A stretch of 51,146 nt of DNA from Nitrospiraceae bacterium (GTDB lineage Bacteria > Nitrospirota > Nitrospiria > Nitrospirales > UBA2166), in NCBI GenBank assembly GCA_002726235.1, contig PBSN01000008.1, positions 510,635 to 561,780 of the forward strand, read 5' to 3'. Below the pieces are notes generated by a model, which had not been told where the DNA came from, searched no databases, and saw only the letters and a list, made by a program, of their open reading frames with translations. The position numbers and the translations under genes were made by a program. Below, piece by piece: positions 42,291 through 51,031 of this stretch. Every line of letters begins with the position of its first letter. Position 1 is the first letter of the stretch.

Positions 42291-42338
42291 TGCAAAATCC
42301 TCCTATCAACAACCAGCGTTCGACACAAATATCAGGAC

Positions 42339-42380
42339 AAAAAAGGTGCAGTCTCAGCCGTACACACCCACTGAGCACCC
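42339..42380 (-). terminator. Intrinsic terminator-like attenuator hairpin between leader ORF and operon
   Basis: Minus strand GGTG-CTCAG...CTGAG-ACTG-CACC followed by TTTTTT. Confidence 0.6.
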
Positions 42381-42424
42381 CACATGCAAAGACGCACGGA
42401 CAGTCTTCAACTGTGGACGCTCAG
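42371..42424 (-). promoter_or_regulatory. Putative antiterminator helix
   Basis: Minus strand CTGAGCGTCCACA (42424-42412) pairs with TGTGGGGTGCTCAG (42384-42371): 13 bp including 2 GU and a 1-nt bulge; it consumes the 5' arm of the terminator. Confidence 0.55.
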
Positions 42425-42431
42425 ACCAAGA

Positions 42432-42749
42432 CTACATGGCAACGTAGAGGAAAAGCGGCGGAGCGCGGGGTTGAAAATGCTGAGGAAGATCACCAGGAAG
42501 GAGGGGGGCTGGTTCAGAGGCAACAACCTCCCCTGCTGTGAAGGAAACGGTGAGCACATTTTTCTCTGGGCCCACAAACGACGAGGCAGCACACATCCAA
42601 ACACACCCAAGCGTGGAATGAACCGCCGCATGGTCTGTGTCACCTTGATGCGCATGGCCCACAACACCGACGGGGCCGGCCGACGCAAGAGCAAATAGCA
42701 ATACGACAACCGACTGTGCAATGGGTTTTAGAAATCGAGGCTGCATCAT
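42432..42749 (-). CDS. DUF2946/CruR/CutF-like leader protein with RAPP arrest motif
   Basis: 105 aa: hydrophobic N-terminus, HAH...H...H, CVWMC (C49, C53), Pro-rich linker, RAPP at 95-98; first gene of the operon. Confidence 0.8.
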   Translation of the reverse strand: MMQPRFLKPIAQSVVVLLFALASAGPVGVVGHAHQGDTDHAAVHSTLGCVWMCAASSFVGPEKNVLTVSFTAGEVVASEPAPLLPGDLPQHFQPRAPPLFLYVAM

Positions 42750-42768
42750 ATCTTCACCCTAGCTCACG

Positions 42769-42797
42769 ATAGTATAGTCAAAAATCTGTGAAATCAA
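42769..42797 (-). promoter_or_regulatory. Putative sigma70 promoter TTGATT-N17-TACTAT
   Basis: -35 at 42797-42792 and -10 at 42774-42769 with 17-nt spacer, upstream of the leader ORF. Confidence 0.5.
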
Positions 42798-42890
42798 GTA
42801 TCATGCCTCACAAAACCTTGTGCCGCGTATTATGTGGAAAGGTGGAGAACGTGTGTATCGGCAGAAACATGGCATCCGGGAAAGGAAATA

Positions 42891-43949
42891 ATGTCCTACC
42901 AGACTGACGACGTTCGCATCTGCGAAATTAAAGAGCTGTTACCACCGATAGCGTTGCTCGAGAGGTTTCCGCTCACGGAGAACGCATCAAAAACCGCCTT
43001 TGAAACCCGCCAGGCGATCCACCGATTACTCCGAGGAGAGGATGATCGCGTCTTGGTCATTGCTGGCCCCTGTTCAATTCACGACCACAAGGCTGCGAGG
43101 GAATACGGAGCAAAACTGGCGACCATACGCGACAAGCTTCGCGATTCCATTGAGATCATTATGCGAGTCTATTTTGAGAAACCACGCACAACAGTTGGAT
43201 GGAAAGGCCTGATCAACGATCCATATCTCGATAACAGTTTTCATATCAACGATGGTCTAAGAATTGCTCGTAGCCTCCTTCTCGATCTCAACGAAATGGG
43301 GATGCCAACGGCCGGTGAGTTTCTCGACACGATTACACCACAGTATGTTGGCGATGTAATGAGCTGGGGCGCTATCGGAGCCCGCACGACTGAATCACAA
43401 GTCCATCGCGAGATGGCATCTGGCCTCTCATGCCCTGTTGGGTTCAAAAATGGGACGGACGGAACGGTAAAGGTAGCTATTGATGCGATTGGAGCGGCCA
43501 ATGCTCCTCACCACTTTTTGTCGGTCACGAAATACGGGCACTCTGCCATTGTGTCTACTGCTGGCAATCCAGATTGCCACATCATCCTGCGGGGAGGCAA
43601 AGAGCCAAACTATGATGCGACCCATATCAAAGAAGTCACGGAGATGCTAACCAAAGCAGGTCTCCCCCACAAAGTCATGATTGATTTCAGTCACGCCAAC
43701 AGCAGCAAGCAGTTCAACAAGCAACGTGAAGTGTGTGATGACGTCTGTGGCCAAATCCGTAATGGTGAGCTTGCAATCTTTGGCGTAATGATTGAAAGCC
43801 ACCTCATCGAAGGCCGACAGGACCTGGTGAATGAAAAACTCCCAGTATACGGTCAGAGTATCACTGATGCATGTATGGGTTGGGAAAGCACCGAGACACT
43901 CCTGCATCAACTCGCGGAGGCCGTCACGGCACGTCGACAGAACGCCTGA
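42891..43949 (+). CDS. aroG: DAHP synthase, class I-alpha (AroG-like)
   Basis: MSYQTDDVRI, GPCSIHD, RVYFEKPRTTVGWKGLINDP, IGARTTESQVHRE, DFSHANS, YGQSITDAC; AAAGGA SD before ATG 42891. Confidence 0.95.
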   Translation: MSYQTDDVRICEIKELLPPIALLERFPLTENASKTAFETRQAIHRLLRGEDDRVLVIAGPCSIHDHKAAREYGAKLATIRDKLRDSIEIIMRVYFEKPRTTVGWKGLINDPYLDNSFHINDGLRIARSLLLDLNEMGMPTAGEFLDTITPQYVGDVMSWGAIGARTTESQVHREMASGLSCPVGFKNGTDGTVKVAIDAIGAANAPHHFLSVTKYGHSAIVSTAGNPDCHIILRGGKEPNYDATHIKEVTEMLTKAGLPHKVMIDFSHANSSKQFNKQREVCDDVCGQIRNGELAIFGVMIESHLIEGRQDLVNEKLPVYGQSITDACMGWESTETLLHQLAEAVTARRQNA

Positions 43950-44157
43950 TACGAAATAAGCGGGTGTAACAGAAATGAGGCCGGGGAGGTACAAGGGGAC
44001 ACTCGGATTTTTCCACATGCCTTCCTTGAAGAGGACTACTCTGGGTAACCTTGTAATACTCCTCGCAATCTCACACACCTACAGTTGCATGCTCACGCAT
44101 GTGTCATATCGCATCCTTACACGCCACTGCAGATAGATTATTTATTCAGTGGCCGTA

Positions 44158-44514
44158 TCAATGGCCGGCATCATGGCCGCGTTGAGCTTCGTGGGAATCA
44201 TGCTCCCCCAGGGGAACTACATGAATTTTGCTCGCGATCATACCACTGCCTCGCTTGGACTTGATGAGATCAATGGTAACCACTTGGCCAGCTTTGAGAT
44301 CCCCGTACCCCGTCACATCCAACCCCACAACCTTCGTCGACAGCGACACTTTTAGATCCATCAAGACTCCATCGTGTTGTTCTAGCGTCAACTTTGGACC
44401 ATTAACCTCTGTAATCGTCCCACTCACCTGATTCTCGGTTCCAAAAACATGCACGGCAGTTATTGCAAAGATGAATAGAATGAAGAAACTGGTTAAAGAA
44501 ATACGCCGTAGCAT
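44158..44514 (-). CDS. Small secreted OB-fold-like protein with His-rich tail
   Basis: Signal peptide; GTITEV...DLKAGQVVTI pattern; C-terminus EHDSHEAQRGHDAGH; SD GGAGG. Confidence 0.75.
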   Translation of the reverse strand: MLRRISLTSFFILFIFAITAVHVFGTENQVSGTITEVNGPKLTLEQHDGVLMDLKVSLSTKVVGLDVTGYGDLKAGQVVTIDLIKSKRGSGMIASKIHVVPLGEHDSHEAQRGHDAGH

Positions 44515-44601
44515 TCACGCCTCCCTTTCACTCGATTCATATGAGCATTTAAAGCAATCCACCCCAGTACGTGCCTCAGTTCGGATAACCAACAATTCAA
44601 T

Positions 44602-45525
44602 TCACTGATCCAAGCCAACCGCACGCATAGCACCTGCAGAATTCTCAGCATTCGTATTGACTTCAAGAACGCTGGCATCATTGTGTGCATGAATAGCAAT
44701 CGTGTAGGGACCACTTCCACTCGTCGGCAGTACGACAAGATCAATTGCCACAGGGGCGTCAACATCCGCAACCTCGATCGAGCATCGCTCTATCGATTCA
44801 AATCCATCACAGACTTGCAGAATCTCTGCTTCCTCAACAGCAACAAACATAAGATCAAAGTCAAGATCTTTTCCGTGAGTGAGGGTACTGTCGAAAACAA
44901 GACTTTCCTTCACGAAAAACCGGTAGCGATCGATATCAGCACGAACTTCCTCTGTACCCGTCGCCTCAATCTCACCCAGTAGCGACGCACAGTAATGCTG
45001 TTTGAGCTTCCCGGCTCGTACCGCAACTCCTTCCTCATCATTTGGCTCATCCTCACGAAGAAAAAGATCCGACACACATTCAGGGCGTCCGATCTTTTGA
45101 ACAAGCACCAGTGATTGATCACCAGTTTGAAATACCTCGCGTGCAGTCCCAATGGTAATAATCGCGAACTTTCCTTCCAATTCTTTTAATTGCTTTACCT
45201 TCAACTTTGTAAGAACCGGCATTCCAATCATGTCCGGTCCTCGCTCATAGTCACTAATGGTATCCTCTGCGAGAAAGCGATCTCCATGCTCCAAAGTCTG
45301 GTCATCCGACAACCAGAGCGCTACCGGCCGGGGATCATCAGACCCAATATCATTCGCGAGAACATGGACAACCAGGACATCTCCTTTCTTCGCAACTTTG
45401 TGTTTCATCTTTATGACCACCCCCGGCACCATTTCTTCCTCGGCAATCGTAGGAGTCGAAAACGCAACGCACACGCTGAAGGCAATGCAAAAACAAAGGA
45501 ATCTATTACGCATCACAATGCTCAT
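44602..45525 (-). CDS. Hypothetical secreted acidic protein (possible Ig-like plus PPC-like domains)
   Basis: Signal peptide; LWLSDD...GDRFL; EDEPND...DIDRYRF...DFDL...GPYTI. Confidence 0.7.
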   Translation of the reverse strand: MSIVMRNRFLCFCIAFSVCVAFSTPTIAEEEMVPGVVIKMKHKVAKKGDVLVVHVLANDIGSDDPRPVALWLSDDQTLEHGDRFLAEDTISDYERGPDMIGMPVLTKLKVKQLKELEGKFAIITIGTAREVFQTGDQSLVLVQKIGRPECVSDLFLREDEPNDEEGVAVRAGKLKQHYCASLLGEIEATGTEEVRADIDRYRFFVKESLVFDSTLTHGKDLDFDLMFVAVEEAEILQVCDGFESIERCSIEVADVDAPVAIDLVVLPTSGSGPYTIAIHAHNDASVLEVNTNAENSAGAMRAVGLDQ

Positions 45526-45802
45526 GACAGCGCAACACGATTTTCAAGCATTGGAGATATACTGGTTCTCCCATCTTCATCCACAATACCCGCCCGAAAA
45601 ATCCGATTGAGAACTTGACGGCTTCACTCTAGTGAGGTTCCTTGCTTCGCCTCCAAATTCTGATCCCGTAACAAGTCTAAGCCCCTTTCCTACCCCAGTA
45701 TAAATGATCCCAGTAGCCATAGCCGACAAGACAATGGCGGGTGAGAACAACAATATCCCATTCACCGCCGTCTAGATTGTGACACTCCGCGCCAAGTGGG
45801 GA

Positions 45803-46453
45803 TCATTCAGCAACTGTAATCTTCTGAACCATCCCAAGAATGAGTTCTCCAAAGTGCTCTCGGGCGTTCTGTGCTTCACTTGCAGTGTCTTCACTCGTTG
45901 AGAAGTTCGTGACGGTATCCTGTTCGGTCACAAACCGAATTTCGAGATTGGTCATTCCCTTGAACCCCCTCCCGCCGGTCAATAGTATTTCAACATCATC
46001 ACCCAAAAATTGCTGTTTGCCATTCTTCATGGTGTCCATTGTTCCAGTAATTCGGCCAAACCCGGTCTGAAAGTTCAAGCTGCGGACTTTGCCGTCTCGA
46101 AACAGCAGCTGTACCGTGTGAGTATTCCGCGTAGCATTACCATGCATATCCTTCGGCAACGGATTATCCCCTTCCACAGTGCGAAGCATAATCATATTGT
46201 GCTTCCACTGCGTAACTGCGAGGAAATCCGGATCGATTTCCATGCGCCATGAGCCCGATAACATCCACTGTCCAGGGGGGACCGTATCATCAGCAAACTC
46301 CTCATCGAGCGAACGTCCCGGTTGCGTGATGTGAAAGATTTTTCCTGTAAATGTAATACGGCCATTGGCTTGCGCATCAGCGATGAACCCTTCGTGCAGT
46401 GCACCAATCACAATACACAGACACACAAAAACACGAACTAACCGGTTACACAT
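45803..46453 (-). CDS. Uncharacterised secreted protein (paralogue of 41589-42290)
   Basis: GGAGGT SD before ATG 46453; signal peptide; FHITQPG, RNTH, NAREHFG. Confidence 0.85.
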   Translation of the reverse strand: MCNRLVRVFVCLCIVIGALHEGFIADAQANGRITFTGKIFHITQPGRSLDEEFADDTVPPGQWMLSGSWRMEIDPDFLAVTQWKHNMIMLRTVEGDNPLPKDMHGNATRNTHTVQLLFRDGKVRSLNFQTGFGRITGTMDTMKNGKQQFLGDDVEILLTGGRGFKGMTNLEIRFVTEQDTVTNFSTSEDTASEAQNAREHFGELILGMVQKITVAE

Positions 46454-46728
46454 CGAAAAAACACCTCCAAACGCCACATCCACAATCCGCAGTCAATTTA
46501 ACCACCCTCCCTAAGCGAAATGTCAACCGGAATTATACAAAAAATCTGCCGTGAGCGTGAGAGCGGCTAGAATGCCATTTCATGATATGACATCAATCAT
46601 AGTCAAGCCTCGCACGCATAGGACTCATTTGATTTGAAATGCCCCATTGATACATCTACGAAACCTCAGATCATCATATCGCGTTGAGGCTACATTACAC
46701 TCAATAGAACCAGTGATGTAAACTACTA

Positions 46729-48075
46729 TTACACCTTACGACGAGCAGAAAGTTGCCGCATGAGGACAACCCACAATACGATATTTGGAGGCAGCACAAG
46801 CGCGATGATCTCAGCATTCACTTGATCAAATATCGGGAGAACTTGAACACCAAAACCAATGAGTGTCAAACCCGCAACAAGTCGGCACACGATCAGTGCA
46901 GGACGAACGGCGCCATCTGGACCGTAAACCGCCAACGGAATAAGAATTGCCAACGGCAACGCCAGCGGGGTCACGAAGAAGAGATTTTCGTTATAGGCGG
47001 AATCGAAGTGGTCAGTCAAAAGCCACAAGCCCGCAAGAATTGTTCCCCCAAGCCCAATCACGAAAGTCCATAATCCCGTCGCTCCAACAAACGCAAAACG
47101 TGCAAAGCGACTTCCTCTCGCGAGGATCTCTAAGATAAAAAACAGCATTGCTACCGCCATCCCACACAGCAAATACCAGATAACCCACAACGGCGGTTTG
47201 TCATCAGGAAGCGTGGCTGTGCCCTCAAAAACGATGTGTTCACGTGCCACAAGTGGAACGAGTTCACCAGCTTCGTCAGGAATCATCACCGTTCGAATAT
47301 GATCCCGCAATGTCATGGGAATAAACATGTCCTCCCAGACGGTAATGAGACGATCGACAGGATTGCCGAGCACAAGCAGAAGACTCGTATAGAGCCATGG
47401 AGAGTTTGTCGTCAGCCTCCGAGTATGAAATCGGAACGTCGCACCAGTTGAAGTCGTATGCGTTTGCCGCTTGAGCTCACCATTCACGACACCATCGATT
47501 GCATCGCGCAATCGTGTCGAGCAGTTATCGGTATAGTAATCATAGTCATAAAACGCATTCTCTGGTTTGAGATTCCACTCTAAAAAATCCCGCAATGCGA
47601 TACGTTGATTGAAAGTCAGCGCAAGCTCCTGCACATAGATCGATCGATTCATGAATTGGTAAAATGGAAACGTCAATGCAGGGTTTTGTGCCTCAACCCA
47701 ATATCGCATGTGCCCCTGGATGAATCGAAAAATGAAATTCTCTTCTTCAAAACTAAATCGCCCGTAATTGTAGAGCGTGTTGATCCCATGAACGGGGTCA
47801 CGGACCCAGATTGCATTGTGACCAAAACGTTGCCAGGCTTCTTCACCAGGACCAAAGGTCACGAGGGAGATAGTGATCGAAGACCCCTCATCTGGCTGAG
47901 TGAGGCCTTGCCCGTTCACATCATTAACCGTGACGAGTAGTCCAACACAGACGCTTACCGCAATTAGATACAGCAACGCCTGTTTTGGCAGATAGAATAC
48001 GGGATGCAATTTCAAGGCACCTTCGCCCAACAACTGATTTCTCTTACGCCTTCCAGGCATACGATACAGCAGCAT
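46729..48075 (-). CDS. DUF4105 / Lnb-like membrane protein
   Basis: TFGPGEE...FGHNAI, YNYGRF, YDYYTDNCSTR, MFIP; C-terminal multi-TM region. Confidence 0.85.
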   Translation of the reverse strand: MLLYRMPGRRKRNQLLGEGALKLHPVFYLPKQALLYLIAVSVCVGLLVTVNDVNGQGLTQPDEGSSITISLVTFGPGEEAWQRFGHNAIWVRDPVHGINTLYNYGRFSFEEENFIFRFIQGHMRYWVEAQNPALTFPFYQFMNRSIYVQELALTFNQRIALRDFLEWNLKPENAFYDYDYYTDNCSTRLRDAIDGVVNGELKRQTHTTSTGATFRFHTRRLTTNSPWLYTSLLLVLGNPVDRLITVWEDMFIPMTLRDHIRTVMIPDEAGELVPLVAREHIVFEGTATLPDDKPPLWVIWYLLCGMAVAMLFFILEILARGSRFARFAFVGATGLWTFVIGLGGTILAGLWLLTDHFDSAYNENLFFVTPLALPLAILIPLAVYGPDGAVRPALIVCRLVAGLTLIGFGVQVLPIFDQVNAEIIALVLPPNIVLWVVLMRQLSARRKV

Positions 48076-48145
48076 TATCGATCAGTAATAACACACTCAT
48101 GGTGCAATCAGTATGCTCCACAACTGACAGAAATAACCTCAGTCC

Positions 48146-48175
48146 TTGACAACTAAACAGAAGCACACATATAAC
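48146..48175 (+). promoter_or_regulatory. Putative sigma70 promoter TTGACA-N18-TATAAC
   Basis: Perfect -35 and 5/6 -10, ending 11 nt before the leader ATG, which has no SD. Confidence 0.55.
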
Positions 48176-48186
48176 GTTCATCAAGC

Positions 48187-48492
48187 ATGCCTCAGTCACG
48201 ACTCGTCATAGTTGCATCGTTGTGCTTCGTCTACCTTGTTCTCGCAGGCTTTGTCCCGGCCATCGGGATCCACCACACGTTTGACACTGAAACTGATGGG
48301 ACCCATCATCACGCAATTGACACCTGCACCTGGCTTGAACATTCAATCGGATCAACGCTTTTATCCGGTGCAGATATCGACCTTAACATTCTCACACCTC
48401 AGCCACGTAAGCCTCACAACCCCAATACGCTTTACCTCTCCATCCAGCTTGATTCAATCAAGGCTCGTGCGCCACCAGCCCTGCTCTCCTAA
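48187..48492 (+). CDS. DUF2946/CruR/CutF-like leader protein with RAPP arrest motif
   Basis: 101 aa: hydrophobic N-terminus, HH...HHH, CTWLEH (C47), RAPP at 94-97; directly upstream of metal ABC operon. Confidence 0.78.
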   Translation: MPQSRLVIVASLCFVYLVLAGFVPAIGIHHTFDTETDGTHHHAIDTCTWLEHSIGSTLLSGADIDLNILTPQPRKPHNPNTLYLSIQLDSIKARAPPALLS

Positions 48493-48688
48493 TTACTGAT
48501 CAGCTCATACAGGGCATGCTTCGACTGCAAGGTCAGGGAAACGTCTTTCCCTGCTCTCGTCGTTCTCTCAATATCAACACGCAAGCACGCCTCTCTGAGT
48601 TGACAGGATACGGCATCGACCATGCCGGTGCGATCAAACGACGATTGTCGATGAAATTTTCGAGTAGGAGCCACAGGTGATATAAAAA

Positions 48689-50011
48689 ATGCACTACAGA
48701 TGGATTATTAGCCTCACCTTCGCATTCATATGGATCGACACACCTAATCTCGTCGATGCAAAGGATACAATCGTACATCCTTTGAGCACTGAAAGCACCC
48801 AACAAAAACTTGACGACCTAGAACATAAGTATGAAGAGCAAAACCGTGAAATCAAAGAACTGAAACGAGAGATCAAACAGCAACGTAGAGGCGCCTTTAG
48901 TTCTGCAATTGCCAGATTCAACCCAAAAATCGCACTGAACGGTCTTTTCACGGCTGCCGGGTTTTCAGATGATGAACCGCTGAACTTTGGCGCTCATGAC
49001 CCAAAAGAAAATGGGTTCAATGTGCAAGCACTGGAATTGAATTTTAGGGGCGCCATCGATCCCTACTTTTCGGCTCAATTCAATCTCAATACGCTTATCG
49101 AAGAGGGAGAAACGATCGTCGAGCTGGAAGAGGGATTCCTGACAACTCAAGCCCTTCCGTACAATGTACAACTCATGGGTGGCCAATTTTTTACTCGATT
49201 TGGCAATATGAACCACATCCATGCCCATGACTGGGACTTTGTCGATCAGCCAATCATCCTCAACCGCCTCCTAGGACCTGACGGACTTCGCGGGCCAGGT
49301 CTTCAAGCCTCATGGCTCGCCCCAACACCATTTTACCTTGAGTTCATTGGCAGTGCACAGCAAGCTCGCGGAGAAATCGCTAGCAGTTTTCTTGGAAAAG
49401 AAGGGGAAACTGTCGGCGGACACATTCTTGACAAACGAGCAATCAATGATCCCAATGACCTGCTTTACATGCCACGCGTTGTAAGCGCATTTGATTTCAC
49501 AGACGCGATGACACTGAAAGTTGGAGGTTCCGCCCTTCTCGGACCAAACTCCTCATCCCCGGATGCGAGAACGCATATTTATGGGGCGGACATGAAGCTC
49601 AAATGGCAACCGCGTCGAACCATGATGGGCTACCCTTTCGTGTCGTGGGAATCGGAGATCATCTATCGTGACCACGAAGCCGGTGCGAATAAAGAAAATG
49701 CAATCCTTGAAGAAACCCTGGAGGACTGGGGACTCTATAGTCAGATCATCTACGGATTCAAACCTCGCTGGGTTGCCGGACTCCGTTTTGAATACGCAGA
49801 CGGTCACGGAGGAATCGATCAGATAAACGACGATCTACGCAACGAGCGGTATCGCCTTTCACCAAACATCTCTTGGGGCACATCTGAGTTTTCCCGGCTC
49901 CGCCTCCAGTACAACCTTGATTTCGCCGAAAGCCGTGGGCATGAAGTCCTCCATGGATTCTTTCTGCAATGGAGTTTTGCTTTAGGCGAACATGGGGCAC
50001 ACCAATTTTGA
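48689..50011 (+). CDS. Outer-membrane beta-barrel protein of the type found with Zn/Mn ABC uptake systems
   Basis: Signal peptide, coiled coil, FNPKIAL, AIDPYF, HIHAHDWDFVDQP, SEFSRLRLQY, C-terminal GEHGAHQF. Confidence 0.82.
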   Translation: MHYRWIISLTFAFIWIDTPNLVDAKDTIVHPLSTESTQQKLDDLEHKYEEQNREIKELKREIKQQRRGAFSSAIARFNPKIALNGLFTAAGFSDDEPLNFGAHDPKENGFNVQALELNFRGAIDPYFSAQFNLNTLIEEGETIVELEEGFLTTQALPYNVQLMGGQFFTRFGNMNHIHAHDWDFVDQPIILNRLLGPDGLRGPGLQASWLAPTPFYLEFIGSAQQARGEIASSFLGKEGETVGGHILDKRAINDPNDLLYMPRVVSAFDFTDAMTLKVGGSALLGPNSSSPDARTHIYGADMKLKWQPRRTMMGYPFVSWESEIIYRDHEAGANKENAILEETLEDWGLYSQIIYGFKPRWVAGLRFEYADGHGGIDQINDDLRNERYRLSPNISWGTSEFSRLRLQYNLDFAESRGHEVLHGFFLQWSFALGEHGAHQF

Positions 50012-50024
50012 CACGACAACATGA

Positions 50025-51020
50025 ATGACAAATACTAGAGAGTACAGGAGAAACATGATGCGCTCGCAATTCCAATGTTGGTTGAGGATTCTCTGTCTGG
50101 CCTGCCTTGGCTTACTGCCTTCCCAGGCGACGGCCACACTCAGCATAGTCACCTCTCTTCCAGAATACGAAGCTCTTGCGAAAGAGATAGTCGGATGGTG
50201 TTCTCCTCTCTGCGCCGAAAGCGATGAGATCACAATTACCTCCTTGGGAAGAGGGACGGAGGATCTTCACTTTGTCAACCCAAAACCAAGCTACATCCGC
50301 ATACTCAATAACGCGGACGTGTTAATTCAAAACGGTGCAGGGGTGGATGAGGGATGGTTGCCTCCCCTCATCGCGGCATCTAGAAACCCAAAACTCGTAT
50401 TAAGTTTTGATTCCCCAACACGTATCATGGCAGCACAGTTTGTCGATATGCTCCAGCTCCCTTCCACACAAATAGATCGATCGATGGGAGATATTCACCT
50501 ACTCGGACACCCTCATTTCCATTTAAGTCCTACCAACGCAATTTTGATTGCGAAAGGTTTGACCGAAAAATTCTGTTTCCTCCAACCAGATTCGTGTTCG
50601 AGGTTCACACGCAACCTTAACACCTTCGAAAAACGCATTGAGAAAAAACTCCCAATATGGCAGAAACAAATGAAACCCTTGCGTAATGTCAATGTCATCG
50701 AATATCACCAAACATTTGCCTACCTCGCGAAAAGTTTTGGACTTGGACTTGTTGGAGATGAACTTGAACCCAAACCTGGCATCCCTCCTTCTGCCGCGCA
50801 CATCAGAAAACTCATTCCGCGAATGAACGCTATGGACGTTAAACTTCTCCTAATTGAGCCGTTTCATGAACGCAAAACCCCTACATTCATTGCTCAACAA
50901 ACCAAGGCGAAGGTCGTTATCATCCCATCAACGATTGGAGGCGTGCCAGGAACGGACGACTATATCAGCCTGATCGATACAATTGTGTCACGCTTAGTAT
51001 TGGCATATGCCAGCCATTAG
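50025..51020 (+). CDS. Metal ABC transporter substrate-binding protein (ZnuA/TroA family)
   Basis: DLHFVNPKPS, GDIHLLGHPHFHL, YHQTFAYL, EPKPGIPPSAAH. Confidence 0.92.
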   Translation: MTNTREYRRNMMRSQFQCWLRILCLACLGLLPSQATATLSIVTSLPEYEALAKEIVGWCSPLCAESDEITITSLGRGTEDLHFVNPKPSYIRILNNADVLIQNGAGVDEGWLPPLIAASRNPKLVLSFDSPTRIMAAQFVDMLQLPSTQIDRSMGDIHLLGHPHFHLSPTNAILIAKGLTEKFCFLQPDSCSRFTRNLNTFEKRIEKKLPIWQKQMKPLRNVNVIEYHQTFAYLAKSFGLGLVGDELEPKPGIPPSAAHIRKLIPRMNAMDVKLLLIEPFHERKTPTFIAQQTKAKVVIIPSTIGGVPGTDDYISLIDTIVSRLVLAYASH

Positions 51021-51031
51021 GACTTGTATCT

